Of a stretch of DNA of 50,085 nucleotides, positions 19,918 to 29,710 are shown one piece after another. The stretch lies in contig JBHLRQ010000012.1 in NCBI GenBank assembly GCA_048882385.1, positions 1 through 50,085 on the forward strand, given 5' to 3'. The translations under genes were made by a program, and so were the position numbers. Source of the stretch: Candidatus Thorarchaeota archaeon. Lineage in GTDB: Archaea; Asgardarchaeota; Thorarchaeia; Thorarchaeales; Thorarchaeaceae. Each line of letters begins with the position of its first letter. Positions within the stretch are counted from its first letter, which is position 1. The notes below the pieces were generated by a model. That model saw only the letters and a program-made list of their open reading frames with translations. It ran no database searches and was not told the DNA's origin.

Positions 19918-20721
19918 GTGGTGACTATGCTAGAGATCAGGCATATGAAGGAAGAGGATTGGGACGAATTCCATAAGATGGACATTGAGATTTTCCCAGA
20001 TGATGTAATGAGAGAAGAGTCTTTTAGAAAATCTCTCGAGGGAAATGGATGCTTTGCGCTCACTCTTGACAGACAGATCATTGGAAATCTTATTGTGACT
20101 CGTTTTGGAAAAGATATTGGGTATCTTAATCGGATTGGAGTTGCCAAGGAATATAGGGGAAAGGGCTTTGGTTCCAAACTTATGGAACATGCATTAGACT
20201 GGTTTAATGAACAAGGCGGGATTGGTACTGTGCAACTTTTTGCAGACCTAAACGAGGCAGCTCAAGGCTTGTATAGAAAGCATGGATTTATGAAAGCAGG
20301 AACAACTTGGCACTACTTCGTTCCGTATAATTCCGTTAGACCAAAGAGAAAGTTCACGTGTCAAGAGATAGAAGAAGACGAAATTGAATTAGTTGGTGGA
20401 AAGTTTCCTTCAACCCCTCCTGAACAGATTCGAAGATATTTAGCTTCTGACGAATATCACATACTGACATTAAAAGATAAGAGTGGAAACATTGAGGGAT
20501 TTTGCAGGTTTACGCCTTCGTTTCCAGGATGCATGCCTTTTGAGATTACCAATGTGGAGTGTTTCGACGATTTCATTGCAGGATTGTCGGAGTTCAAGTT
20601 TGCAGAGCATGACTATTGTCGAGTGACATTCACTGATCTTCCAGAACTCGCAGAGCTATGCGAGAAGAGAGAATATCGTCTACACCACAAATTACACAAG
20701 ATGTCGCTTAAGCTCAGTTGA
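19918..20721 (+). CDS. GNAT acetyltransferase with C-terminal extension
   Basis: RIGVAKEYRGKGFG, NEAAQGLYRKHGF. Confidence 0.85.
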   Translation: MVTMLEIRHMKEEDWDEFHKMDIEIFPDDVMREESFRKSLEGNGCFALTLDRQIIGNLIVTRFGKDIGYLNRIGVAKEYRGKGFGSKLMEHALDWFNEQGGIGTVQLFADLNEAAQGLYRKHGFMKAGTTWHYFVPYNSVRPKRKFTCQEIEEDEIELVGGKFPSTPPEQIRRYLASDEYHILTLKDKSGNIEGFCRFTPSFPGCMPFEITNVECFDDFIAGLSEFKFAEHDYCRVTFTDLPELAELCEKREYRLHHKLHKMSLKLS

Positions 20722-20799
20722 TGGATGACTTTTGGTATTTCTAATTACAATAGCAAAGTGTCAAATATCGGTCGGAGCTTTGATAGGTGACCACATGGA

Positions 20800-21699
20800 A
20801 TGGTGATTCTTATGACAAAAGTTGCTGTGATTTCCACAAACGAAAGAGTCTATGGAGTGAACAAGTCATTCGAACTCTTGGGGATTAATCCTGTCAAGGG
20901 AAAGAAGGTTGTCCTCAAACCCAACTTCAACACAGCAGACCCACCACCAGCCTCAACGCACATGGATACTTTTAGACAGATACTGGTGAAGATTCAGGAG
21001 ATGGGTGCAGAGTCTATGACCGTTGCAGAGAGATGCGGACCAGCAAACACAGAAGAAGCATTCAGGAAGAAAGGACTCTATGAACTTGCAGGTGAATTTG
21101 GATTCGATATTGTAAATCTCGAAACAGCTTCGGAAGACCAATGGGTCATGAAAAATCCTGAGGACAGTCACTGGAAGAATGGATTCCTTTTTGCGAAGGT
21201 GTATGATGAGGCAGAGAGCGTTATCGAAACCTGTTGTCTGAAAACCCACATGTACGGGGGTCACTTTACACTTTCTCTAAAGAACGCTACTGCACTTGTT
21301 CCAAGAGTGGGATACAAATACATGAGTGAACTCCACAGCTCACCGCATCAGAGAAAGATGATAGCAGAAATTAACTCAGTTTACAAGTGGGATTTGGTCA
21401 TCATGGATGGAGTTCTTGCTTTCGTGGACGGAGGACCAATGGAAGGAACAAGGAAAGACGCAAATGTCTTTGTTGCTGGAACCGATAAGATTGCGCTTGA
21501 TGCTGTAGGAGTTGCATTACTTAGGATGTTGGGAACGACTCCCGAGGTTTCCAAAGGTCCAATCATCGAGCAGGAACAAATAGCTCGAGCAATAGAGTTA
21601 GGTATAGGAATTTCCTCATTTGATGAGATTGAATTTATCACCGATTCATCGCAGAGTGAGATCCTAGTTGAGGAGATACGAAACGAATTATCCAATTAA
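20800..21699 (+). CDS. DUF362-family protein
   Basis: VVLKPNFN, LKTH...FTLSLKN, DLVIMDG...GGP, D.IALD. Confidence 0.8.
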   Translation: MVILMTKVAVISTNERVYGVNKSFELLGINPVKGKKVVLKPNFNTADPPPASTHMDTFRQILVKIQEMGAESMTVAERCGPANTEEAFRKKGLYELAGEFGFDIVNLETASEDQWVMKNPEDSHWKNGFLFAKVYDEAESVIETCCLKTHMYGGHFTLSLKNATALVPRVGYKYMSELHSSPHQRKMIAEINSVYKWDLVIMDGVLAFVDGGPMEGTRKDANVFVAGTDKIALDAVGVALLRMLGTTPEVSKGPIIEQEQIARAIELGIGISSFDEIEFITDSSQSEILVEEIRNELSN

Positions 21700-21748
21700 T
21701 TCGCGCAATACGAAAAGCACTTGAATACCTCAATTCAGCGATTATTCT

Positions 21749-22951
21749 ATGATTGAGATAAGGGAAGCCCGTGCAGAAGACCGCGAATCAGCAGTCAGAA
21801 TTCTATGGAAAGCCTTTGATCCAACATCTAGCTATGAAGATCATCTAACGAAAGAGTGGATAAAGAGATGGAATAATCCTGAAAAACAGGACTATGCATA
21901 CGTTGCTGTGGAGAATGGCAAGGTTGTTTCAAGTCTTTCATTTTTCATAACATCTGAAAATGAGCAGATTATAAGAGGTGCACCACTATGTTTCAGTGGA
22001 GTATGGGCTGTTACAACAGATGCAGCCTATCGAAGGAGAGGGCTCGTAAGGAAACTCTTTGATATTTCATTCCCAAGAATGCACGATGAGAAAGTTTCCC
22101 TTTCAATTCTAGATCCTTTCTATAGACCATTCTATGAGAAGTTCTCGTATGCTTTATCAGAAAAACGAGCCAGACATATATTCACAAGAGACCAAATCAG
22201 AGTAGGCAAAACTAGAAACGACATATCTTCAAGAGAAGCAAAAGACCCTGAAGATAGACAAACGATTGTCCAAATCGAAAGATCGATGGCAAGATTTGGT
22301 TCAAGATTCTTCTCACGTATTGAATCATTAGACTATGTAATGAAGAATGGGATTATTCACATACTTGAAGACGAGAATGGACCTGTAGGATGCGTCTGGT
22401 TTAACTTCATTAAAGGACCTCCAAATACTGCTCCTGAACTAATAGTTGGCATTTCGAGATATACGAGCGATGATGTTTTCCCCTCGATAGTTGAGTTGGT
22501 CAGAAATTACTCTGCCAATGTTAGTAAGGTAACATGGTGGGTAGATGCTGATGTCCCGGTAAGACATTATTTTGCAGACATCCACCAAACTGAATCACAT
22601 ATGATAGGTTCAATGATGATGCGAATCATCGACTTTGAGGATTATTGTAGAAGCATCAATGTGCCAGAAGAAACATCTGAAAAGGTCACTATCGAGTTGA
22701 ATGATGACCAATGTGCATGGAATAATGGCGTATATACGCTCATTCCCAATGAAGGTAAACTGTCAGTAGAAAGGAATGATTCAAAGCCAGACATATCTTT
22801 GAGCGCATTCCAGCTTTCACAAATAGCTGGAGGATTAACTCCACCTACAGTCCTGAGGTCCTTGCAAGAAATCAAATGTGATGAAGCAACTGCAAGAAGA
22901 CTTGAGGATATCTTTCCTGCTGATACGTTTGTGTCCTATCTCCGGTTCTAA
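21749..22951 (+). CDS. Eis-like GNAT acetyltransferase with sterol-carrier-like C-terminal domain
   Basis: VTTDAAYRRRGL, FYEKFSY, MMRIID, D.QCAWNNG.Y. Confidence 0.82.
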   Translation: MIEIREARAEDRESAVRILWKAFDPTSSYEDHLTKEWIKRWNNPEKQDYAYVAVENGKVVSSLSFFITSENEQIIRGAPLCFSGVWAVTTDAAYRRRGLVRKLFDISFPRMHDEKVSLSILDPFYRPFYEKFSYALSEKRARHIFTRDQIRVGKTRNDISSREAKDPEDRQTIVQIERSMARFGSRFFSRIESLDYVMKNGIIHILEDENGPVGCVWFNFIKGPPNTAPELIVGISRYTSDDVFPSIVELVRNYSANVSKVTWWVDADVPVRHYFADIHQTESHMIGSMMMRIIDFEDYCRSINVPEETSEKVTIELNDDQCAWNNGVYTLIPNEGKLSVERNDSKPDISLSAFQLSQIAGGLTPPTVLRSLQEIKCDEATARRLEDIFPADTFVSYLRF

Positions 22952-22987
22952 TCTTTGGTTCTGAAACCCATGCAATATGGAGAATCT

Positions 22988-23248
22988 CTATCGGCCTTTA
23001 TGTCTCAATCGTTCTGATACTCGTACGAACATATAGGTAAGTATACCCCATGCAATAGCGTTTACTAACAATCTTAGAGTAAGGATAGACGAATCCCTCA
23101 GCGCTGACGAACTTGGTTGAACAAGGTAAATGGCTATTGGAATACTGTCTGGAAAGATCATTGTCAACGCAACAGAGAAGATCATTACAGATACTGAAAG
23201 AATCTCCCTATATCCCCGAGAGTCAAGAGCAGGTCTGTTGAGTGGCAT
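22988..23248 (-). CDS. Small hypothetical membrane protein (two hydrophobic segments)
   Basis: Fills the gap after abfD; two hydrophobic helices, a basic tail and an AT-rich TATA-like box upstream. Confidence 0.5.
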   Translation of the reverse strand: MPLNRPALDSRGYREILSVSVMIFSVALTMIFPDSIPIAIYLVQPSSSALRDSSILTLRLLVNAIAWGILTYMFVRVSERLRHKGR

Positions 23249-23292
23249 ACTCTGGTGTATGCATTTATTAATTATTAACTATTGTTATTTAT

Positions 23293-24783
23293 TCATTTGC
23301 TTTCATCACTGCCAACTCTTGCTAATGACTTGGCAAGTTTCTTCTTCTCTTCTAAATTACTTAACCGATTTATCATGATTCTTTGTGCTTGAGGAGAACC
23401 TGCTCCATGCATTGATTCTGCGAGGTATCCAACTGCAGCTCGACCTAAAGTCAAATTCTCAATAAGTCTCAACATTTTAATCCGGTCAATTGTTTCGACG
23501 CCTTCAGCGCCAACTAGATATTTCTCAACGATTTGACGTGTTTCAGGATTGCTTAATTCACGGGCGCTTGGACACGTGACAAAGAGACCACCTGCAATGT
23601 CCTGAAGCAACCTAGAAAGTTCATACGGAAATCTTGTCACATTTTGTTTACAGACATTCGCTAATAGAAGGTCAACTAGGTAATTTCCTGCAGGAGTCTT
23701 GTGTCCAGCGGCAGAACAAGCTATGCCACATGAATAGAGGGTTTCATTCAAATGAACCATCTCAGTGATTTTATCACGGATGTGAGAAGCGTTTTCAACT
23801 CCGTTGTATTCTGCAATAGAAGCGGCTGCACCAACCAAGACATCACCAACTCCGACTTTACATCCACCATAGCTCTGTCTATGGTAAGCTGCAAATGATT
23901 CAACGAGGCGTCCACAAAACTCACTCTCACCGTTCATGAAGATTCGTTCAATTGGAACAAAGACATCATCAAACACGATGAGACATTCTTGACCTCCATA
24001 GACAGGATTTCCACAGTCTACATCTCCTGTTTCAGTTTCATCAAGACGACGAAGGTCACAGGACTGCCTACCATAGTAGTATGTTATTCCATCAGCGTCC
24101 GCAGGAACTGCACAACATATTGCGTAGTTCTTGTCTTCATTTCGCATGGCTAAAGTTGGCATGATCAGGTGTTCATGAGAGTTTATAGCTCCAGTCTGAT
24201 GTGCTTTAGCACCTCGAATAACAACACCATCATCTCTTCTTTCCACAACATGAACATAGACATCTGGATCCTTCTGCTCAGAAGGTCTCTTACTTCGGTC
24301 TCCTTTCGGGTCCGTCATACATCCATCTATGACTAGGTCTCCATCTTCTGCCATCTTTACATATTTTATGAATCGTTGGTGGTAATCTGTATCATACTTC
24401 TTGTCAATCTCAAAAGTTGTCAAATAAACAGCATTGAGGGCATCCATTCCAACACATCTCTGGAAACAGGTTCCTGAAACTTGGCCAAGTACTCGTTGCA
24501 TCTTGACCTTGTCTTGAAGATCTTCTGTACTGTTATGAAGGTGACAGAATCTATTAATCGTGTTTCCTGTAATGACGGATTTTGTTGTCATCAAATCTGA
24601 ATAATCCGAATCATGAGCTAAGTCATAGGTTAGGGCGACTGAATTGATGGATGCTCTGATTATCGGATGCTCAAGTGGATTGTCGATTTTCTCGCCAAGC
24701 ATATAGATCTTCAGAGGACCACGTTTTCTCAAACTCTCGATATATTCTTCTCCTGTCTTCAGACCCATGTCTTTCAACTCCAC
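23293..24783 (-). CDS. abfD: 4-hydroxybutyryl-CoA dehydratase / vinylacetyl-CoA isomerase
   Basis: GTCFQRCVGMD and YHRQSYGGCK [4Fe-4S] ligands, MTDPKGDRS, ESMHGAGSPQAQR; start may be ATG 24768. Confidence 0.93.
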   Translation of the reverse strand: MELKDMGLKTGEEYIESLRKRGPLKIYMLGEKIDNPLEHPIIRASINSVALTYDLAHDSDYSDLMTTKSVITGNTINRFCHLHNSTEDLQDKVKMQRVLGQVSGTCFQRCVGMDALNAVYLTTFEIDKKYDTDYHQRFIKYVKMAEDGDLVIDGCMTDPKGDRSKRPSEQKDPDVYVHVVERRDDGVVIRGAKAHQTGAINSHEHLIMPTLAMRNEDKNYAICCAVPADADGITYYYGRQSCDLRRLDETETGDVDCGNPVYGGQECLIVFDDVFVPIERIFMNGESEFCGRLVESFAAYHRQSYGGCKVGVGDVLVGAAASIAEYNGVENASHIRDKITEMVHLNETLYSCGIACSAAGHKTPAGNYLVDLLLANVCKQNVTRFPYELSRLLQDIAGGLFVTCPSARELSNPETRQIVEKYLVGAEGVETIDRIKMLRLIENLTLGRAAVGYLAESMHGAGSPQAQRIMINRLSNLEEKKKLAKSLARVGSDESK

Positions 24784-24974
24784 TACAGGAAAGGGGTTCT
24801 ATCTGATACTCTTCACCCACTTAAGAGCTATGCCATATGTCAATCAATTGCATTTCTGTAGCTGTTGTCAGAGTTTGTTTTATTTTCTAGAAAATAAGCT
24901 TATGCACATAATAATTTGCTTTATTAATCAGGACCGCTATTCGTTTCGTTTAGTATATGCGTGGAGGAGCTTCA

Positions 24975-27710
24975 ATGAAGAAGGAATACCTGAATCGAAG
25001 GGAGACATATCAAAAATTCACAGCTGTCTTTGTGATAACTATGATTATCATCTCATCTGCATCAATGATTCAAGTAATGATTGAAACGGGTCAGGATAAT
25101 GAAGTCGAACGAAGTATTGATAGTAAATTAGCGCGTAGTGTTACTAACAAACAGACGTCAGTTCTGGCTCAAGAGGGATCGTGGGTAAGCTTTGACATGT
25201 CAGCAAATGGAACCCCAGCTGAAGCTCACATTACAGGTTCAGACATGTCAGGCATCACAATTGTCGCTAATTTCCATGGATTCTGGAGAAGTAATACAAA
25301 CATAAATGGAACACAATTTGACGACCTTAAAATGCCCGGAGCTGGTTCTTTACAAAATCCAGGTGCACCTGTCCTACCATGTCTTTTTGAGTATATTGAG
25401 ATACCTCACGACATCAATGTTTCAGTTGATATCTTAACTTCATCAACTAATACTTCTACTGGCTACAACATTGGACCAGCTGTTTACGAAGATATTCCAT
25501 ATCCAATTGCAACGGGCCATAACGACACAGTACAGACAACTCCTCTACCGATAAATTATGGTCCTGAGTATTCAAATGACTCTTTCTTCCCAGGAATAAT
25601 TACTAGTACAGAAGGAGCAGCAGAAAATGAATCAATGATAATGCGAGGTCATAGATTATTAGGTTTGAGTTTCTATCCGGTCCAATATAATCCAACAAAT
25701 ACTACACTACTGTTTTACTCACAAATTGTTGCTAAAATTAATTATAGCATTCCTAAACTAATTCAGCCAGTTGAAAATCGATTGCGCTCAGATGTGTTCG
25801 ATCGAATTCTTGGTAATATGGTATTGAACTACGCATCTATTTATCCAACAGTAGCTCATCTGGCATATTCTCCAACAAGTATGGCACTGGCTCAAGAATA
25901 TGAGGGTGATGCTGAATATTTGATTATCACAACTCAGAACTTCAAGTTTCAGGCGGACAGATTGGCAGAATGGAAGGAACGGAAGGGAGTACCTTCAGAA
26001 GTTATCACTGTAACTGCTGGCGATGGTGATGAAGTCGCACAGGAAATACATGACGCATATACTAATGGAAATCCACCCCCTTCATATGTACTGCTTCTAG
26101 GGGATGTTAATGACATTCCAACTAGATATGACACAGCAATGACATCCAGCCTATTCATGTATTTCAGTGGAGACATCGCATCTGATCTTAGTTATTTCAA
26201 TATTGACGGAGCGGGTTATCTCCCAGAAATGGTATACAGCAGGATTTCAGTTGATACCCAAGAACAAGCACAGACAATTGTTGACAAGATTCTTCAGTAT
26301 GAACAATCGCCGCCATTCGATTCATCATTCTACAAAGACGTATTTTTTGCTGGCGAATTTTCTGATTTGAATCCATTAGATGGAAAAGAAGACAGTGAGT
26401 TCAAGTTTCTAAGTATTTTAGAGAGAATCAGACATTTCCTGAAGGATGAGTACACACCCCACATCAATTATTCATCAATGTATATGAACTTCGACTATCC
26501 TGGTCATGTTAGTGGGTCAAACATAGATCTAGCAGATTTGGAATTATATTATAGTACACTCTCAACATCAAATCTAGTCATAGATTCAATATCTACAACA
26601 GATTATCCGAATTTTGCATGGCTAGGTAGATATGACTGGTACTGGGATCTAATAGGTGCTGACAATCCCTTTTATGCAGATGCCCGAGACAATGTCACGC
26701 GCAGTTTCAATGAGGGTAAATTCTTGGTTTTGTACTTTGGGCATGGAGGGTCCAAAAATATGGTAACTACAGCACAGAGGGATTTTGTAGAAGGTTGGCA
26801 ACACCCATTCTTTAATACAAGTTACTTCTCTGATCTGACCAATGGCGTGGAAACTCCTCTGATAATAAGTATGGCATGTAGCACTGGGTGGTTTGATGGT
26901 GAAACAGATGAAGCTGAAATGTATGTTGGAGATCTTGGCGGCTTCTTGGGCCACAATCTATTCGAAGATTATGAGAATGAGTGTTTTGCTGAGAACATCA
27001 CAAGACTAGAGGGAGGAGGTGCAGTTGCGGCGATTTCATCATCGCGTCCGGGTCATGCAGGAGTTTCTGCATATCTAATGGATGGGATAATCGCAGCATT
27101 CTGGCCTGAATTCACAGAAGCAAGTGGTGAACCGATTCACGAAAACGGAGGAGAGCCAATATACGAGATGGGAGGGGCACTTCTTGCAGGCAAGCTCTAT
27201 GCTAAAGAAAAATGGAGAGAACTATATGATGCATCACTAATTGGATTTAGAGAAGCTTGGTATCCCCAACATAAAGCTGACACTACTTTTCATGAATATC
27301 ATCTCTTTGGAGATCCAGAAACAGAACTTTGGACTGATGTCCCATCGCCCCTAGAGGTAACATACCCAGAATCAATTGGATTATCCCCGTCTCAGAGATT
27401 GCTCATAACTGTACGGAATCAGACATCCGGTCTCCCAGTTGATCATGCAAGAGTCTGTATTCAACAAGAAATCGAGCAGGAGGACGGTATCTATCAAATA
27501 GGATATACAGATGCTAATGGAGAAATTAGTTTTTACATCGCGACTCACGCATCATCCCCAAATATCAATGTAACAGTGACAAAACACAATTATCGACCCC
27601 ATATTGGAGAAATAGTTGTTCTAGACATGATTGGTCCGGTTATTCTACTTGTTGGAGGATTAATTGTACTCGTGATAATTTTGATCATTAGAAGACAGAA
27701 AAATCGGTAA
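24975..27710 (+). CDS. Membrane-anchored gingipain-like cysteine protease (peptidase C25 with propeptide)
   Basis: N-terminal hydrophobic segment, PGAPVLP propeptide, YLIITT, YVLLLGD, catalytic YFGHGG and SMACSTG, LFGDP, VTVTKHNY, C-terminal TM plus RRQK; GGAGGA RBS supports ATG 24975. Confidence 0.88.
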   Translation: MKKEYLNRRETYQKFTAVFVITMIIISSASMIQVMIETGQDNEVERSIDSKLARSVTNKQTSVLAQEGSWVSFDMSANGTPAEAHITGSDMSGITIVANFHGFWRSNTNINGTQFDDLKMPGAGSLQNPGAPVLPCLFEYIEIPHDINVSVDILTSSTNTSTGYNIGPAVYEDIPYPIATGHNDTVQTTPLPINYGPEYSNDSFFPGIITSTEGAAENESMIMRGHRLLGLSFYPVQYNPTNTTLLFYSQIVAKINYSIPKLIQPVENRLRSDVFDRILGNMVLNYASIYPTVAHLAYSPTSMALAQEYEGDAEYLIITTQNFKFQADRLAEWKERKGVPSEVITVTAGDGDEVAQEIHDAYTNGNPPPSYVLLLGDVNDIPTRYDTAMTSSLFMYFSGDIASDLSYFNIDGAGYLPEMVYSRISVDTQEQAQTIVDKILQYEQSPPFDSSFYKDVFFAGEFSDLNPLDGKEDSEFKFLSILERIRHFLKDEYTPHINYSSMYMNFDYPGHVSGSNIDLADLELYYSTLSTSNLVIDSISTTDYPNFAWLGRYDWYWDLIGADNPFYADARDNVTRSFNEGKFLVLYFGHGGSKNMVTTAQRDFVEGWQHPFFNTSYFSDLTNGVETPLIISMACSTGWFDGETDEAEMYVGDLGGFLGHNLFEDYENECFAENITRLEGGGAVAAISSSRPGHAGVSAYLMDGIIAAFWPEFTEASGEPIHENGGEPIYEMGGALLAGKLYAKEKWRELYDASLIGFREAWYPQHKADTTFHEYHLFGDPETELWTDVPSPLEVTYPESIGLSPSQRLLITVRNQTSGLPVDHARVCIQQEIEQEDGIYQIGYTDANGEISFYIATHASSPNINVTVTKHNYRPHIGEIVVLDMIGPVILLVGGLIVLVIILIIRRQKNR

Positions 27711-27790
27711 AAGCCAAAAATCTAGCAGGATTTTTAAGTACCTTAAGATACACACAGTGATTAATCGCGTCCTTAGGAGGATTTGAAAAA

Positions 27791-27907
27791 ATGGAAATAC
27801 CAGGTTGGCTTGTAGCCATATTAGTAATACTTCTAATCTTCTTCATGCTTGATGCTTTGTATATCGTTGATATAATTCCGAATGTTGGAACTGGTTGGCC
27901 AAACTAA
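27791..27907 (+). CDS. Small hydrophobic peptide A, 38 aa (MEIPGWLVAILVILLIFFMLDALYIVDIIPNVGTGWPN)
   Basis: AGGAGGA RBS at 27775-27781, TTTTTAAG box at 27731, and a homologous tandem copy with many synonymous differences. Confidence 0.8.
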   Translation: MEIPGWLVAILVILLIFFMLDALYIVDIIPNVGTGWPN

Positions 27908-27971
27908 CTGGATCACTCCAGCATTCAAAATTAAAGCAGTGTTCTGCTTGCATATATAGGTGGATTTGAGG

Positions 27972-28115
27972 TTGGAAGTACCAGGCTGGCTTGTAGCTAT
28001 ACTTGTCATACTAATTATCTTCTTTCTTCTGGAAGCACTTGATATCATTGACTTCATTGTCATCTGCTCTGATTGGCCTTGTACATTCACGAACTCAGAT
28101 AGTCTGGTTCAGTAA
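27972..28115 (+). CDS. Small hydrophobic peptide B, 47 aa (MEVPGWLVAILVILIIFFLLEALDIIDFIVICSDWPCTFTNSDSLVQ)
   Basis: TTG start after AGGTGGA (27958-27964); 22 of the first 29 aa identical to peptide A. Confidence 0.75.
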   Translation: MEVPGWLVAILVILIIFFLLEALDIIDFIVICSDWPCTFTNSDSLVQ

Positions 28116-28124
28116 ATGTGAGAG

Positions 28125-29594
28125 TTATAGCCTTCTTTGCAGGCTGTCAAAGTAGGGTTTTAGGAATTGCAGATTCTTTTTCTCTGTGAGTGAACGAAGC
28201 TGTGGAAGAATCTCTCTTAGAAGTGTATCATCACTGTTCAAAATTGCCATATCCGCCTTGAGTATTAATGCTTGTCCAAGGATTCCAGGCAGATCCTCAG
28301 ATATAGCTCTTTCTTCCAATATTGCAAGCGAAGGAGATACTACTTCACCTTGTGTGCAAGACAGGATTTCGATCTTGGCTAGTTGGTGTAAGAATATGTT
28401 CTCCATTAGCAATGCTGTTCCTTGTTGTTCATAGATTTTTAGCCCTTGTTCAATGCTGCTCAAGGCCATTGGAAAATCACCTTGTTCCATTTCTAAAACG
28501 CCTGTTACAAAATGAAGCCATGCAAGTTGGTCTTCATTTCCAGATTTCAAAATGGGTTCACGTATTGAATCTAAAGAAATCTCAGCCTCTGTTAACTTCT
28601 TCAGGAGAACTAGCGACCATGTTTGAAATAATCGGGCGTGGTTGATCAAATATGGTCTTCCACTAAACTGATCCTCTGCCATTCGACCCCACTCCAGCCC
28701 TGATTCAGGTTCTCCCACTATATTGTAAAAGATTGAAAGGAAAGAAGAGGGATTCCCACTCTCCAAACCCGCTCGTTCTCGAACACTTACTGCTTTTAGA
28801 CACCGTTCTATCGCAGTATCGAATTCACCCCGTATTGCATCCAAAAGACTAAGATTATAGATTACGTTTGCATAATTACCAGGAAGTCCTAGACTGGATT
28901 CAACGATTTCATATGCTTCTTCCAGAACCTCTCTGGATTTCTTTCGGTCGAAGTTGATAAGGATACCTCCCTTTCTTATTAGAAGGTGGGTTTTTCGCAG
29001 CTTGTCGTCAAAATCCTCTGCAATCTGTATTCCGCTATCAATAGAGCGAAGTTGTTCCTCCGTGTCACCATCCACTTGTGCTCGAATTGATAAGAAATCA
29101 CACAATACAATTTCATAGAAACCAAAGTAAGTATTACTATCTATTAATTCACGAATCTTTTCCATTGTGGACGTCTTATACATGGTTGAAGGGTAATTTC
29201 TCATGTCAACTTCGAACTTAATCAAATACATTTCAAGAGCTATCCAGTCTTCCGGATCTGTTGCTAGAACAGCATCTGTTAATGCATGAACCTCAATTGC
29301 ATCATCATATGTGCCTTGATAAACTGATGAATAGAATAGATTTGGACCTAGTATCTGATGGTGTCCATATTTCTCTCTGATCATGTCTACAAGTTTGTAA
29401 TCCAGTCCAATCATAGCAAAATGGATTGCAAAATAAACAACCATGACAGGGCTTTCATTTTTGAGAACAAATTCAACCAGTCTATGTACGAAGTCATAGT
29501 AATCTGATGCCTCTGTCATAGTATTGTCTAGAACACCCTTTATTTCTTCATCAATGAATGGATAATATTGGGTGATCGTGCCAATTGGCTCCAT
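28125..29594 (-). CDS. Helical/TPR-like repeat protein, paralogue 1 (489 aa)
   Basis: TPR-like units (LHFVTGVLEMEQGDFPMALSSIEQGLKIYE); colinear with 31871..33340. Confidence 0.8.
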   Translation of the reverse strand: MEPIGTITQYYPFIDEEIKGVLDNTMTEASDYYDFVHRLVEFVLKNESPVMVVYFAIHFAMIGLDYKLVDMIREKYGHHQILGPNLFYSSVYQGTYDDAIEVHALTDAVLATDPEDWIALEMYLIKFEVDMRNYPSTMYKTSTMEKIRELIDSNTYFGFYEIVLCDFLSIRAQVDGDTEEQLRSIDSGIQIAEDFDDKLRKTHLLIRKGGILINFDRKKSREVLEEAYEIVESSLGLPGNYANVIYNLSLLDAIRGEFDTAIERCLKAVSVRERAGLESGNPSSFLSIFYNIVGEPESGLEWGRMAEDQFSGRPYLINHARLFQTWSLVLLKKLTEAEISLDSIREPILKSGNEDQLAWLHFVTGVLEMEQGDFPMALSSIEQGLKIYEQQGTALLMENIFLHQLAKIEILSCTQGEVVSPSLAILEERAISEDLPGILGQALILKADMAILNSDDTLLREILPQLRSLTEKKNLQFLKPYFDSLQRRL

Positions 29595-29647
29595 CTTTGC
29601 GCTCCTTCTTAATCCTAATCAATCATAGGATACTTTCTCTACTTGGA

Positions 29648-29662
29648 GAAAAATCTTGTTCA
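29648..29662 (-). promoter_or_regulatory. Conserved upstream element of TPR paralogue 1 (TGAACAAGATTTTTC)
   Basis: Identical 15-mer at 33396-33410, 54 vs 56 nt from the respective starts, while the surrounding spacer diverges. Confidence 0.65.
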
Positions 29663-29710
29663 AAACTCCACATACATCAAAACGGAGTAGAAATATGGTT
29701 GTATCATTTC

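Noticed and set aside
27833-28090. - strand 85-aa ORF in the track
   Set aside because: It is antisense to the two peptide genes, whose RBS and synonymous-substitution pattern support the + strand frames.
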